Shown: one piece after another, positions 13,998 through 22,237 of the stretch
Position numbering within the stretch: position 1 is the first letter of the stretch
Layout: every line of letters starts with the position of its first letter
Virus record (IMG/VR): IMGVR_UViG_3300037518_000650
Coordinates: 1-32,770 of that record
Strand: one strand, 5' to 3'
Length of the DNA stretch: 32,770 nucleotides
DNA from: a virus
Lineage: Duplodnaviria > Caudoviricetes
Position numbers and translations under genes: made by a program
Notes under the pieces: model-generated
What the model saw: the letters and a program-made list of their open reading frames with translations, nothing else
What the model was told of the DNA's origin: nothing
Databases searched by the model: none

Positions 13998-14855
13998 CCG
14001 CGCATTCGCACGATCAAGCCGTCGTTTTGGACAGACGAGATCACCGGGAGATTTTCGGATCGCGCCAAGCTGCTCTTTCTGGGTCTCCTGCAGCTCGCCG
14101 ACGACTACGGTGTGGTGAAGTTTTCTGCCGCAGAATGGCGCGCCCAACTGTTTCCCTACGACCCCGTGAGAGCAAACGACGATCTCCTGAGGTGCCTGAT
14201 GGACGAAATACTGCCGACTGGCGTCATCCAACTCTTTTCCGTGGGTGGAGACGAAGGCCGTGTATGCACTTATCTCTTCATCACGAATTTCGGTCGTCAC
14301 CAGGTCGTGGCGCGACCTAGCCAACCGACGTTAGCAGCATGGCAAAAGGGCGACACGCCGACAACGTATGCCGAGAGGATCGGCGCCGAGTGTCACGAAC
14401 TCGGCGTCGCCGGCTCAATGATGAGCACGGAGCACTCATTACCGGAAGGGAAGGGAAGGGAAGGGAAAGGAAAGGAAAGGAAAGGAGGGGAGGGGAATGC
14501 GACGGCTGACGCCGAGGCCTCCCCCGCCGCCGTCGATCCTGATTTTTTTCTCGAAACCTGGAACGAAACCGCATCCTTTTCGCCCGCCCGGTCGATGACG
14601 CCGAAGCTCATTGCCGCTCTGGCCGCCCGCTGCCGCGATCCGATCTGGCGGCAGCTTTGGCGGCAGGCGCTGTGCAAGCTGCCGCAGTCGTCGTTTTTGC
14701 GCGGCGAGCGCCCGCGCGACGGCCGCGATTGGCGGGCGGACATCGACTGGTTCCTGAAGCCAGATTCGGTGTCCAAGATTCTCGAAGGAAAATACGACGA
14801 TCGCGCGCCGACCGTCGACCTGCTCGCCGGCGTCAAGCTCCGCGATCCGCCATGA
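13995..14855 (+). CDS. phage replication initiator / replisome organizer
   Basis: MPRIRTIKPSFWTDE N-terminus, purine-repeat linker, C-terminal WRADIDWFLKP..V.KILEGKYD. Confidence 0.8.
   Translation: MPRIRTIKPSFWTDEITGRFSDRAKLLFLGLLQLADDYGVVKFSAAEWRAQLFPYDPVRANDDLLRCLMDEILPTGVIQLFSVGGDEGRVCTYLFITNFGRHQVVARPSQPTLAAWQKGDTPTTYAERIGAECHELGVAGSMMSTEHSLPEGKGREGKGKERKGGEGNATADAEASPAAVDPDFFLETWNETASFSPARSMTPKLIAALAARCRDPIWRQLWRQALCKLPQSSFLRGERPRDGRDWRADIDWFLKPDSVSKILEGKYDDRAPTVDLLAGVKLRDPP
14444..14497 (+). repeat. GGAAG/GGAAA pentamer run inside the replication gene (possible origin region)
   Basis: About 10 tandem purine pentamers encoding EGKGREGKGKERKGGEG. Confidence 0.6.
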
Positions 14856-14864
14856 GACGGACGA

Positions 14865-14891
14865 GCCACAGAGAGCACAGAGGACACGGAG
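14865..14891 (+). repeat. NNCACAGAG 9-bp repeat, copy 2 (one arm only)
   Basis: GCCACAGAG AGCACAGAG GACACGGAG. Confidence 0.7.
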
Positions 14892-14910
14892 CGTGTAGAG
14901 CGGATCAAAC

Positions 14911-15033
14911 TTTTTGATGCCGCGACCACGCTCGGCCCGCTGAGCCCGCCGCGTGGCCGCGAAGCTCGGAGCAACCGAACCTGGCGAAACGCGTCCTTCG
15001 GCTTCGTGCCGATCTCCGGGTCATGAAAAAATG
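14911..15033 (+). repeat. junction element copy E4 (complete, diverged)
   Basis: TTTTTGATGCCGCG...TCGG-AGCAA-CCGAACCTGGCG, 38-bp spacing, CTCCGGG-TCATG-AAAAAATG. Confidence 0.8.
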
Positions 15034-15591
15034 ACGAGTGCGGAATATCATGAGTGGTTCGAATCGTTCGCCGCCCATTTCCCGCGGGTGGCTGAGCGGC
15101 TGGCGGCGCTGCCGGCGGCGTCCCGGGCCAGGACGGCGCAGGCGATGGCCGACCTGATCGGCACGCTCGGTTACGCCGACGCTTGCCAGGCGATCTTCGA
15201 GGTCGCGGCCTCGGGGGACGTGCCGACCGCGTGGGACGACATCCATCGGGCGGTGCACCGGCAGGCGAAGAGTCTGGCGGTGTCCCGCAGTCGGCGGGCG
15301 TTCCGCCGCTCGGCCGAGCCGCCGGCGCTGGTCGAGGCCCGGGAACGCTGGCGGCAGCTCGATCCTGGCGCGCGGGCGTTGCGGCTGGACGAGGTGCGCG
15401 CGGAGCTCGCGGCGCAGGATGCTGGCCGGTCCGTGCTGCGGGCTGCCGACGACGCGGCTCATCCGGCCCACCGGCTGGCGCACGACGCGATCGAGGCGCG
15501 GGCGATCGAGCGGCTGGCGGGCTGCAACGCTGCCGGCCAACCCGTCGCCGGTGCGCCGGCGCAGGATCCGGAGCTATGGAAAGGTCGCTAA
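15031..15591 (+). CDS. hypothetical protein, possibly a helicase loader or inhibitor
   Basis: Helical 186-aa ORF directly after the initiator; function inferred from position only. Confidence 0.55.
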   Translation: MTSAEYHEWFESFAAHFPRVAERLAALPAASRARTAQAMADLIGTLGYADACQAIFEVAASGDVPTAWDDIHRAVHRQAKSLAVSRSRRAFRRSAEPPALVEARERWRQLDPGARALRLDEVRAELAAQDAGRSVLRAADDAAHPAHRLAHDAIEARAIERLAGCNAAGQPVAGAPAQDPELWKGR

Positions 15592-15592
15592 C

Positions 15593-16000
15593 ATGATCTA
15601 TCTCGCATCACCCTACTCGCACACCAATGCAGCGATCATGCACGAGCGTTATGCCGCGGTGTGCCGCGCCGCCGCCGCACTCATTAAAATCGGTCATCAC
15701 ATCTACAGCCCGATCGCCCATACGAAAGTCATCGGCGATTATGGGCATCTGCCGCAAACAGATTTCGAGTTCTGGCGATCGTTCGACGAGCACATGATCG
15801 GTCTGTCTGAGTCGGTATGGATCCTGACGATTGACGGTTGGTGTGAATCAGTCGGGATCCAGTCGGAATTCAAAATCGCACGCCGGCTCAAGAAGCCGCT
15901 CTATGCGGTCATTCCAACTACCCTCCAGGTAGTGTGCTGGTCAGAGTTCCGGCGCGGATTGGCGTCGGCTCGCAAGAATGGTGAGGTACCAAAACCATGA
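15593..16000 (+). CDS. DUF1937-like (nucleoside deoxyribosyltransferase fold) protein
   Basis: MIYLASPYSH...YSPIAHT...W..FD...GW.ES.GI..E. Confidence 0.8.
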   Translation: MIYLASPYSHTNAAIMHERYAAVCRAAAALIKIGHHIYSPIAHTKVIGDYGHLPQTDFEFWRSFDEHMIGLSESVWILTIDGWCESVGIQSEFKIARRLKKPLYAVIPTTLQVVCWSEFRRGLASARKNGEVPKP

Positions 16001-16455
16001 ACACCGTCGAGGTTATCAAATTCACCGTACCAGCGGTGCCGATTGCGCAGCCGAGGCCTCGGGCCGTTGCCGGCGGTGGCGGGAGCGCGTATGCGCGGAT
16101 GATCGAGGCGTCCAGTTCGCATCCGGTCTATGCGTTCAAAGCATCGGTGCGGATGGCGGCGGCGGCGGCCTACGAAGGACCGCCGCTCGATGTCCCGCTG
16201 CAGATGTCGCTGTTGTTTGTCATGCCGCGACCGCAGTCGATGCGCTGGAAAACCAGAACGATGCCACGGGCGCCCTATTGCGCAAAGAAGAAGGATTGGG
16301 ACAACCTCGGCAAAGCGGTCTCCGACGCGCTAAACGAAGTGCTCTACACAGACGACGGTCTATTATGGAACGTCAATGTCACCAAGGTCTATGCGGCTGG
16401 CGACGAAGCGCCACACGTTGAGGTGACGGTGACAAGATCGGAGTCAACGCGATGA
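15997..16455 (+). CDS. rusA: RusA Holliday junction resolvase
   Basis: PIAQPRPR N-terminus; KDWDNLGKAVSDALN...YTDD. Confidence 0.88.
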   Translation: MNTVEVIKFTVPAVPIAQPRPRAVAGGGGSAYARMIEASSSHPVYAFKASVRMAAAAAYEGPPLDVPLQMSLLFVMPRPQSMRWKTRTMPRAPYCAKKKDWDNLGKAVSDALNEVLYTDDGLLWNVNVTKVYAAGDEAPHVEVTVTRSESTR

Positions 16456-16691
16456 GCGATCCCATCAACCAGCCGCCGCACTACACCTACAGCGCGATCG
16501 AGCCGATCGACGTGATCGAGGCGTGGAATCTCAACTTCCGACTCGGCAATGCGCTGAAGTACATCGCCCGTGCCGACGACAAGGGCGACCGGCTGAACGA
16601 CCTCCGGAAGGCTGCCTGGTATCTGCATCGCGAAATTGCTGCGGAGTTGCAGGAACAGCCGTCGTTCGAGGCACATAGGATGAACTCATGA
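16452..16691 (+). CDS. DUF3310 (SaV / T7 gp1.7-like) protein
   Basis: DPINQPPHY...IEPIDVIE...FRLGNALKYIAR...DLRKAAWYL. Confidence 0.85.
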   Translation: MSDPINQPPHYTYSAIEPIDVIEAWNLNFRLGNALKYIARADDKGDRLNDLRKAAWYLHREIAAELQEQPSFEAHRMNS

Positions 16692-17608
16692 CCACCAAAC
16701 TGCGGGCGATCGATCTCTGTTGCGGGGCCGGCGGCTGGGCGTGCGCGGCCCGCGGGCTGCCGATCGAGATCGTCGTCGCCGTCGATCACTGGGATCGGGC
16801 GTGCCAGACCTACCAGCTCAATTTTCCTGCGACCCAGGTCATCCGTGCCGATCTGCGCCGCAGTGTACTGCAGACGGAAACACTTCGAGGAGAGATCGAT
16901 TTGATCCTGGGCGGGATCCCGTGCAACTGGCTCAGTCGATCCAGAGAGCGGCGGCGTCGCAACAAAGCGTCCGCCGAGGAGGTGGTCGCCAACCAAGCGC
17001 TCTTGGACGCCTGCCTGGCCATCGTGCGGCAGATCGACCCGCCGTACTGGTGCTTGGAGGACGTGCCGCAGTTGGTGGGCCACCTGCCGCCGCTGACGCC
17101 GTATCAGATCCTCGACTCGCGCGAGTATTCGAGCCAGCGGAGAATGCGGTGCTACGTCGGCCACTTCCCGCAGCCCGCGCCGCGGCCGGTGCAGGATCGC
17201 CTGGCGGCCCACCTGCGCCGCGGGCCGTACCGCATCGGCAAGGGCAGCCGAGGCAAGCGACCCGTGCGCCGAAACTGCTGGGGACTCGGCACGGTGATGG
17301 GCTTGTGGACGACGGACCGCTGGGGACCGACGGTGTGCGCGTTCGGTTCGCGCAGAGATTCTGAGCAGGTCGTCGTCGATCCGACGATCCCCGGCGGCGT
17401 GCGCCAGCCGGAATGGCAGGAGATGGCCAGTCTGCAGGGTTACCCGGCCGACTACGTTTTTGTTGGATCGCCGACGGACGTGTCGGTCATGGTCGGCAAC
17501 AGCGTGCAGATCGACACTGCGCGCGCGATCTTGGAAGGCATCGTTGAAGATTGGCGGGAGACTTCGTCGACGGCAGTTGGGAACGGCCGCGAAAGGGCGC
17601 ACGCATGA
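16688..17608 (+). CDS. DNA (cytosine-5) methyltransferase
   Basis: Motif I DLCCGAGG, IV GGIPC, VI LEDV, VIII QRRMR, IX-X LQGYP...VGNSV. Confidence 0.82.
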   Translation: MTTKLRAIDLCCGAGGWACAARGLPIEIVVAVDHWDRACQTYQLNFPATQVIRADLRRSVLQTETLRGEIDLILGGIPCNWLSRSRERRRRNKASAEEVVANQALLDACLAIVRQIDPPYWCLEDVPQLVGHLPPLTPYQILDSREYSSQRRMRCYVGHFPQPAPRPVQDRLAAHLRRGPYRIGKGSRGKRPVRRNCWGLGTVMGLWTTDRWGPTVCAFGSRRDSEQVVVDPTIPGGVRQPEWQEMASLQGYPADYVFVGSPTDVSVMVGNSVQIDTARAILEGIVEDWRETSSTAVGNGRERAHA

Positions 17609-18897
17609 CGGGCATCGAATGGACGGACGCGACGTGGAACCCAGTGACCGGCTGCACTCGCGTCTCGACCGGCTGCGATCACTGTTACGCGGCGAGCATG
17701 ACCCGCCGGCTTGAGGCGACGGGGCAGCAGCGTTACCAGGGGTTGACGACCGGCAAGCACTTCAACGGCGTCGTTCGCTGCCACCCAGACGTATTAGAGC
17801 TGCCGAAGAAGTGGAAACGGCCGAGGCTCATCTTCGTCAATTCCATGAGCGACCTCTTCCACCAAGATGTGCCGTTCGACTTCATCGATCATGTCTTCGA
17901 CGTCATGTACGCCACGCCGCAGCATACCTACCAGGTCTTGACCAAGCGGCCAATGCGGATGATCGAGTACATCCACGACCGCGCCAGTGCCCGCCAATTC
18001 GGCTGGACGGACGTGGATCGGTCCCCGTTTCTGCCTGGCGAGTTCGTCCACTTCGACACTCTCGTCTATCGCAATGAGTGCGGCTACGTGGGAGACGAGG
18101 ACGAAGAGAACGGAATAATTCGCTGCGAACATCCGGAGAACGCGGAAGGCGAGTGCCATCGGTACGGTTGCCCGATCGCCTGGTTGGCCGACACCAAAGA
18201 TGATCTGGAGCAAATAGGGCTCGCGGACGAATACGAATTCGATGAGGAGGGTTTGGCTGAGGACTGCGAATGGATGAAGTACTCGAACTTGCGTCCGCGC
18301 AGAGCCGCCGTCGCCAATGTCTGGCTTGGCTTCTCCGCCGAGGATCAAGCGACGTTCGAATCGCGCATGCGCGAGTTCAGCGCACTACGCCACATTCTCG
18401 GTCCGTACTTCACGCTCTTCTGCAGCTTGGAGCCACTCTTGGGGCCGATCGACTTCTGCATGCGATCCCAGCCAGATCAAGAGCCAGACAGGAAATTGTG
18501 GAACCCGCTGGAACCGTACATCTTCCAGGATGCCGGCTATGAATATCCCGTACCGTTCCTCAACTGGGTGATCACCGGCGGTGAGAGCGGACCGCATGCC
18601 AGACCAGCACACCCTGATTGGTTTCGATGGATCCGCGATCAGTGTGCGGAGGACGGGATCCCGTTTTTCTTCAAGCAGTGGGGTGAGTTTGCTCCACAGG
18701 ACGCAGGTGTAATGTTCAGCAGAGATCTGAAATCATACGTAATCGATGAGCTCGGACGACCCTTCAGTGAAAAAGGCGGCGGAGGCCAACCGACGATCCT
18801 ACGGCGAGTCGGAAAGCAGAACGCCGGCCGGCTGCTCGACGGCAAACTCCATGACGACTATCCGGCACGGGAGATGCTACAACGAGCGGAGTCCTGA
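17605..18897 (+). CDS. phage Gp37/Gp68 (DUF5131) family protein with an internal insertion
   Basis: IEWTDATWNPVTGC.RVS.GCDHCYA; IFVNSMSDLFH; WVITGGESG; FFFKQWG. Confidence 0.88.
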   Translation: MTGIEWTDATWNPVTGCTRVSTGCDHCYAASMTRRLEATGQQRYQGLTTGKHFNGVVRCHPDVLELPKKWKRPRLIFVNSMSDLFHQDVPFDFIDHVFDVMYATPQHTYQVLTKRPMRMIEYIHDRASARQFGWTDVDRSPFLPGEFVHFDTLVYRNECGYVGDEDEENGIIRCEHPENAEGECHRYGCPIAWLADTKDDLEQIGLADEYEFDEEGLAEDCEWMKYSNLRPRRAAVANVWLGFSAEDQATFESRMREFSALRHILGPYFTLFCSLEPLLGPIDFCMRSQPDQEPDRKLWNPLEPYIFQDAGYEYPVPFLNWVITGGESGPHARPAHPDWFRWIRDQCAEDGIPFFFKQWGEFAPQDAGVMFSRDLKSYVIDELGRPFSEKGGGGQPTILRRVGKQNAGRLLDGKLHDDYPAREMLQRAES

Positions 18898-19162
18898 TCG
18901 AAGCTCGCTTCTCGCTGCGGACCCAGGACGGTCTTGGAGCGTGGCCTGGAAACCGGGCCCAGCCGCGCTGGAATGTTTCGTCACCTGCCATGAAGCTGCC
19001 GAGGACGGCGGCAACCTCACCTACCAGGTCGGTCCCGAGCACGATCCCGGCGGCAAGCGCCGCCGCCGGCCCTGCCTCACCTACGCGCAGCAGTTGATCC
19101 GATCCCATACCCCTCTCGTCCGCCGCTACATCCTCCGGCACCGTTTACGGCTCGTCCGCTAG
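18851..19162 (+). CDS. hypothetical protein
   Basis: Open frame filling the gap; start uncertain. Confidence 0.35.
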   Translation: MTTIRHGRCYNERSPDRSSLLAADPGRSWSVAWKPGPAALECFVTCHEAAEDGGNLTYQVGPEHDPGGKRRRRPCLTYAQQLIRSHTPLVRRYILRHRLRLVR

Positions 19163-19210
19163 CCGCCCCGATTTTTTTTCGTCCATCTCAAAAAAATCTT
19201 GCCGTACCGC

Positions 19211-19238
19211 TTGACACATACGTACCAGATGGTATGAT
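19211..19238 (+). promoter_or_regulatory. strong sigma70-like promoter with an internal dyad
   Basis: TTGACA-16-TATGAT with extended -10 TG; TACCA-GA-TGGTA palindrome in the spacer; A/T tracts upstream. Confidence 0.7.
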
Positions 19239-19277
19239 ATCGGTGTGAGGCAAACGCAACCCAGGGGAGAAGAGAAG

Positions 19278-19454
19278 ATGGCCAGCAAGACGACGCGACT
19301 GTGGAAGATCGAGTGGACGCACCGGGACGGGACGCCGACGACGAGCACCTACCGGGCGGCGAGCGAGGACGAGGCGCTGGCGACCTGGGCCGCCGACAGG
19401 CGGACGGAGATCGGGAACCTGGTGGCCAGCCGGCCGGCCAGGCGGACGGGGTGA
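19278..19454 (+). CDS. 58-aa hypothetical protein (moron-like)
   Basis: GGGGAG SD; own promoter and terminator. Confidence 0.65.
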   Translation: MASKTTRLWKIEWTHRDGTPTTSTYRAASEDEALATWAADRRTEIGNLVASRPARRTG

Positions 19455-19470
19455 GTCGCCGAGGGCACGG

Positions 19471-19497
19471 ACGCCCGCCCTGCGGGGCGGGCGTTTT
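19471..19497 (+). terminator. intrinsic terminator
   Basis: ACGCCCGCCC-TGCG-GGGCGGGCGT followed by TTT. Confidence 0.65.
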
Positions 19498-19539
19498 ACG
19501 CTCCCATCTGTTCATATTTGCTGATGCGAGGGACGATCG

Positions 19540-19962
19540 ATGACGTGCGACGAACTGAGAGCGGCAGTGAAGCGGTTGGGCGGCAAGCCTTACGGCAGGA
19601 TCACGCGGACCGACGGCAGCCAGGGCACGCCGCGCAAGGCCGACTTGGTGCGGATCCTGGCCGGACTGCAGCGGGCCGGTGGAAGTGAACCGTTGACTTC
19701 CGCGCCGCCGGCGGAACCCGAGCCGATCGACCTGGACGCGGCGATCCGGGCGGCGCTGTGCGAACTGACGTGGCTGGACGACGAGTACCGCCTGGCGATG
19801 CGGCGGGTGATGACCGGGACGGCCACGGGCCATCACCGGCGGATCCTGGCCGTGCGCGAACTGCAGGCGATCGACCGCGTGCGGCAGTCAGCCTCGATCA
19901 CTGACCGCGACTGGGGCCTCTTGTCCGAGCGGTTCGCCGTCGCCCTGGCAGCGATCGGCTAA
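19540..19962 (+). CDS. hypothetical protein
   Basis: 140 aa; GAGGG SD. Confidence 0.65.
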   Translation: MTCDELRAAVKRLGGKPYGRITRTDGSQGTPRKADLVRILAGLQRAGGSEPLTSAPPAEPEPIDLDAAIRAALCELTWLDDEYRLAMRRVMTGTATGHHRRILAVRELQAIDRVRQSASITDRDWGLLSERFAVALAAIG

Positions 19963-19981
19963 CGCCACCCTTGCCGCGGCA

Positions 19982-20049
19982 GCCACAGAGATCACAGAGG
20001 ACACAGCGTGCTTGCCGCATCAACACGATTGCTCTTTGGCCTCTGTGGC
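19982..20049. repeat. NNCACAGAG 9-bp repeat hairpin, copy 3
   Basis: GCCACAGAG ATCACAGAG GACACAGCG ... CTCTTTGGC CTCTGTGGC. Confidence 0.75.
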
Positions 20050-20050
20050 C

Positions 20051-20127
20051 GGCTTCCGTATCGGCAAGCCCCCGAGCCTGGCGAAGGAACGTCCACCGAC
20101 GGGCCAGCGGGTCCTGGTCATTAAAAG
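20051..20127 (+). repeat. junction element copy E5 (partial, diverged)
   Basis: TCGG-N7-CCGAGCCTGGCG...AACGTCCACCGAC...GTCCTGG-TCATT-AAAAG. Confidence 0.65.
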
Positions 20128-20165
20128 TCATCTGTTCATATTTTAGGATCCTGGCGGAGGGGAAC

Positions 20166-20381
20166 ATGGCACAGCGGAAACGGACGCAGCCGCGGCTGCT
20201 GTCGGACGTCTTGCGGGCGGCGATTGTGGCGGACGAGCGGACGGTGTATCGGCTGAGCGTCGATGCAGGGGTCTCGCAGCCTCAGATCGGCCGCTTCGTG
20301 CGCGGCGAGCGGACCCTCACCCTCACCGCCGCCGAAAAGCTCTGGCACGCCCTCCGCCTACCGCTGCCGCCGGAGCAGTAA
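20166..20381 (+). CDS. XRE-family HTH transcriptional regulator
   Basis: TVYRLSVDAGVSQPQIGRFVRGERTLTLTAAEKL; GGAGG SD. Confidence 0.85.
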   Translation: MAQRKRTQPRLLSDVLRAAIVADERTVYRLSVDAGVSQPQIGRFVRGERTLTLTAAEKLWHALRLPLPPEQ

Positions 20382-20684
20382 CGGTATCGACAGCCACGCG
20401 TTCAGCCGGCGGCGGCGGCGGCCGCAGGCGCAGCAGTGCCGGCGACCGAAGAGGCGGGCGAAGGGACCAGCGAAGATATGCACTAGGTCCCCGAGTCCGA
20501 AGCGGGGTGGTCCATGCATTGCTGTCAGGTCGCGCAGGATAGTGGTCTCGTGCACGAAGCGCGGCGGCTGACCGGAGGGCCAATCGGCGATGCAACGGGC
20601 GCAGACTCTGCCTGCGACGATAAGGCCAGCCAGGCGGCAGTGGTAGGTGCCATTGGGACCGGGCGATTGATGCGGGCAGTTCAT
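20358..20684 (-). CDS. Cys-rich phage protein, last gene of the tail operon
   Basis: CPH...HC...CARC and GLGDLV...CCACGRRRRRLN motifs. Confidence 0.65.
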   Translation of the reverse strand: MNCPHQSPGPNGTYHCRLAGLIVAGRVCARCIADWPSGQPPRFVHETTILRDLTAMHGPPRFGLGDLVHIFAGPFARLFGRRHCCACGRRRRRLNAWLSIPLLLRRQR

Positions 20685-21139
20685 GCGATCCTCTCGATCG
20701 AGACCAAGATACCGACGTCAGATTCGCCGCATTGGGGGTCGTCACCGCCTTGTTGGACACACGCCGGTTCTGAGGTGCTTTCCCACCGCGCGATCGTACC
20801 GCTACTTCCGCAGAGCACATCCACCCGCGTCCGGGCTATGGTCCCGCCACTGCTGTTGTTGTTGATGAAGAGACGGATGCTCACGCCGTCCAGCGGCGGA
20901 TCGAAGACCTTTTCGTAGGTGACGTTGGCCGCGCACCCGTCCCAGAAGCCACCCAGGAAAGTCAGGTCGTGCGTGCCGTTAAGCTCGTTGCACAGGTGCG
21001 TCGTCGCACAGTCCTGGTCGGTGAAGCCGCTGATCCCCACCTGCCAGACCACCGCCGTCGGGTCGGGCCAGACGTCATCGACACAGAAATCGGGGTTAGG
21101 GCACGGGTCACAGTTACACAGGCATGGTCCGATCGGCAT
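20681..21139 (-). CDS. Cys-rich putative tail-tip protein
   Basis: MPIGPCLCNCDPCPNPDFC...CNELNGT; ATGA coupling. Confidence 0.65.
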   Translation of the reverse strand: MPIGPCLCNCDPCPNPDFCVDDVWPDPTAVVWQVGISGFTDQDCATTHLCNELNGTHDLTFLGGFWDGCAANVTYEKVFDPPLDGVSIRLFINNNSSGGTIARTRVDVLCGSSGTIARWESTSEPACVQQGGDDPQCGESDVGILVSIERIA

Positions 21140-21143
21140 CTTG

Positions 21144-21749
21144 CTAGCTCACATTCGAGCACTGCGTGGCGAGGAGGTACCAAGTGCCGTCGACCCGCAT
21201 CGCCCACACCTCGCTGCCCGACGCAACGGATTCGCCCAGCGCCAGCAGACGATCGTGCACGACGATGGTCGTATCCTCACCGTTGATCGCGACTTCGTCT
21301 GCAGGGGCGTCGTTGGCCATATTGCGAATCTGTGCGTCCACGAAACCGCCCGCAGTGAGAGTCCCTTGCAAGACGCAGCCGACGATCGTGGGACCGGCGG
21401 AGAATGCGACCAAGAGGCCGCCCAACCGAAGACACAAGAGTGGCGTGTCGACCGGATTCTGGCCGACGAAACCAAGGTCATAGACCGTCACCTCGGTCTC
21501 CTTGTCGGAGACGGTCAGCGTCTCCTCACCGACCAGCGGCTGATCTCTCTCGAGCGCGTACACGGTCGCCTTCGCCGACGCCGGCGCCAGAAAGTTCCCG
21601 TGCGCCAGCTCCTCGGTCAAGACGCAGATCAGTGCCGGCGAATTCACGCGCATCCGCTTCGGCCGGCGGCGGGTGACGTCAGGCGTGCCCTCCACCGTCC
21701 GCACCGCCGCTACAATCCGCCGCGCCCCCTCCTCCTCAAACGTATACAT
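21144..21749 (-). CDS. putative minor tail protein
   Basis: Beta-rich 201-aa ORF in the tail operon. Confidence 0.65.
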   Translation of the reverse strand: MYTFEEEGARRIVAAVRTVEGTPDVTRRRPKRMRVNSPALICVLTEELAHGNFLAPASAKATVYALERDQPLVGEETLTVSDKETEVTVYDLGFVGQNPVDTPLLCLRLGGLLVAFSAGPTIVGCVLQGTLTAGGFVDAQIRNMANDAPADEVAINGEDTTIVVHDRLLALGESVASGSEVWAMRVDGTWYLLATQCSNVS

Positions 21750-21860
21750 TGCGTAGTCGGTTCTACCCTTGTCGGACGTTCTGCTGCCAGGTTCGGCACT
21801 GTGTCCGAATGTAGCAGGAAGCGCCGGTTTCCTCGGCTAGCGATTCCGCGTGATCAAAAA
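21747..21860 (-). repeat. junction element copy E6
   Basis: TTTTTGATCACGCGGAA...CCGAGGAAACC..CGCTTCCTGCTACATTCGG-N8-CCGAACCTGGCAG, 39-bp spacing, CTACGCAATG. Confidence 0.85.
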
Positions 21861-22226
21861 TCAGTCTTCGAGCAAGAGGACCTTGACTTTGACGGGCGCG
21901 GTGTTGGCTTGCCACCGGAGCGTGATGCCGGGTTCGAGGCGGAGACAGGCGAACTCGCCGGCCTCCAGCCGACCGAACGCCTTCATCGTCGTGTCCTTGG
22001 GTCCGTAGGTGACATAGTTCGTCGCGTCCAGGTTCTGCAGGAATAGCCAGCCGAGCGTCGTAATGTCGCCGATGCCGAGATCCTCTTCCGAGGTGCCGAC
22101 CGTCACGACCGGCGCGTGGGCGCCGACGGTGTTCTGCGTGATCGACGCCTGCGTCGGCGCGAACGTCTCCTTGTGGGCGCCGTTGGTCAGCGCCGCTTGC
22201 AGCGTGATCTTCAATTCGTTCGCCAT
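21861..22226 (-). CDS. putative minor tail / virion protein
   Basis: MANELKITLQAAL...LQNLDATNYV; GGAG SD. Confidence 0.7.
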   Translation of the reverse strand: MANELKITLQAALTNGAHKETFAPTQASITQNTVGAHAPVVTVGTSEEDLGIGDITTLGWLFLQNLDATNYVTYGPKDTTMKAFGRLEAGEFACLRLEPGITLRWQANTAPVKVKVLLLED

Positions 22227-22237
22227 GGGATCTCCGA

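Noticed and set aside
14853-15026. Stop-codon read-through extension of the replication initiator
   Set aside because: The in-frame stretch consists of the CACAGAG repeat and element E4; no read-through signal
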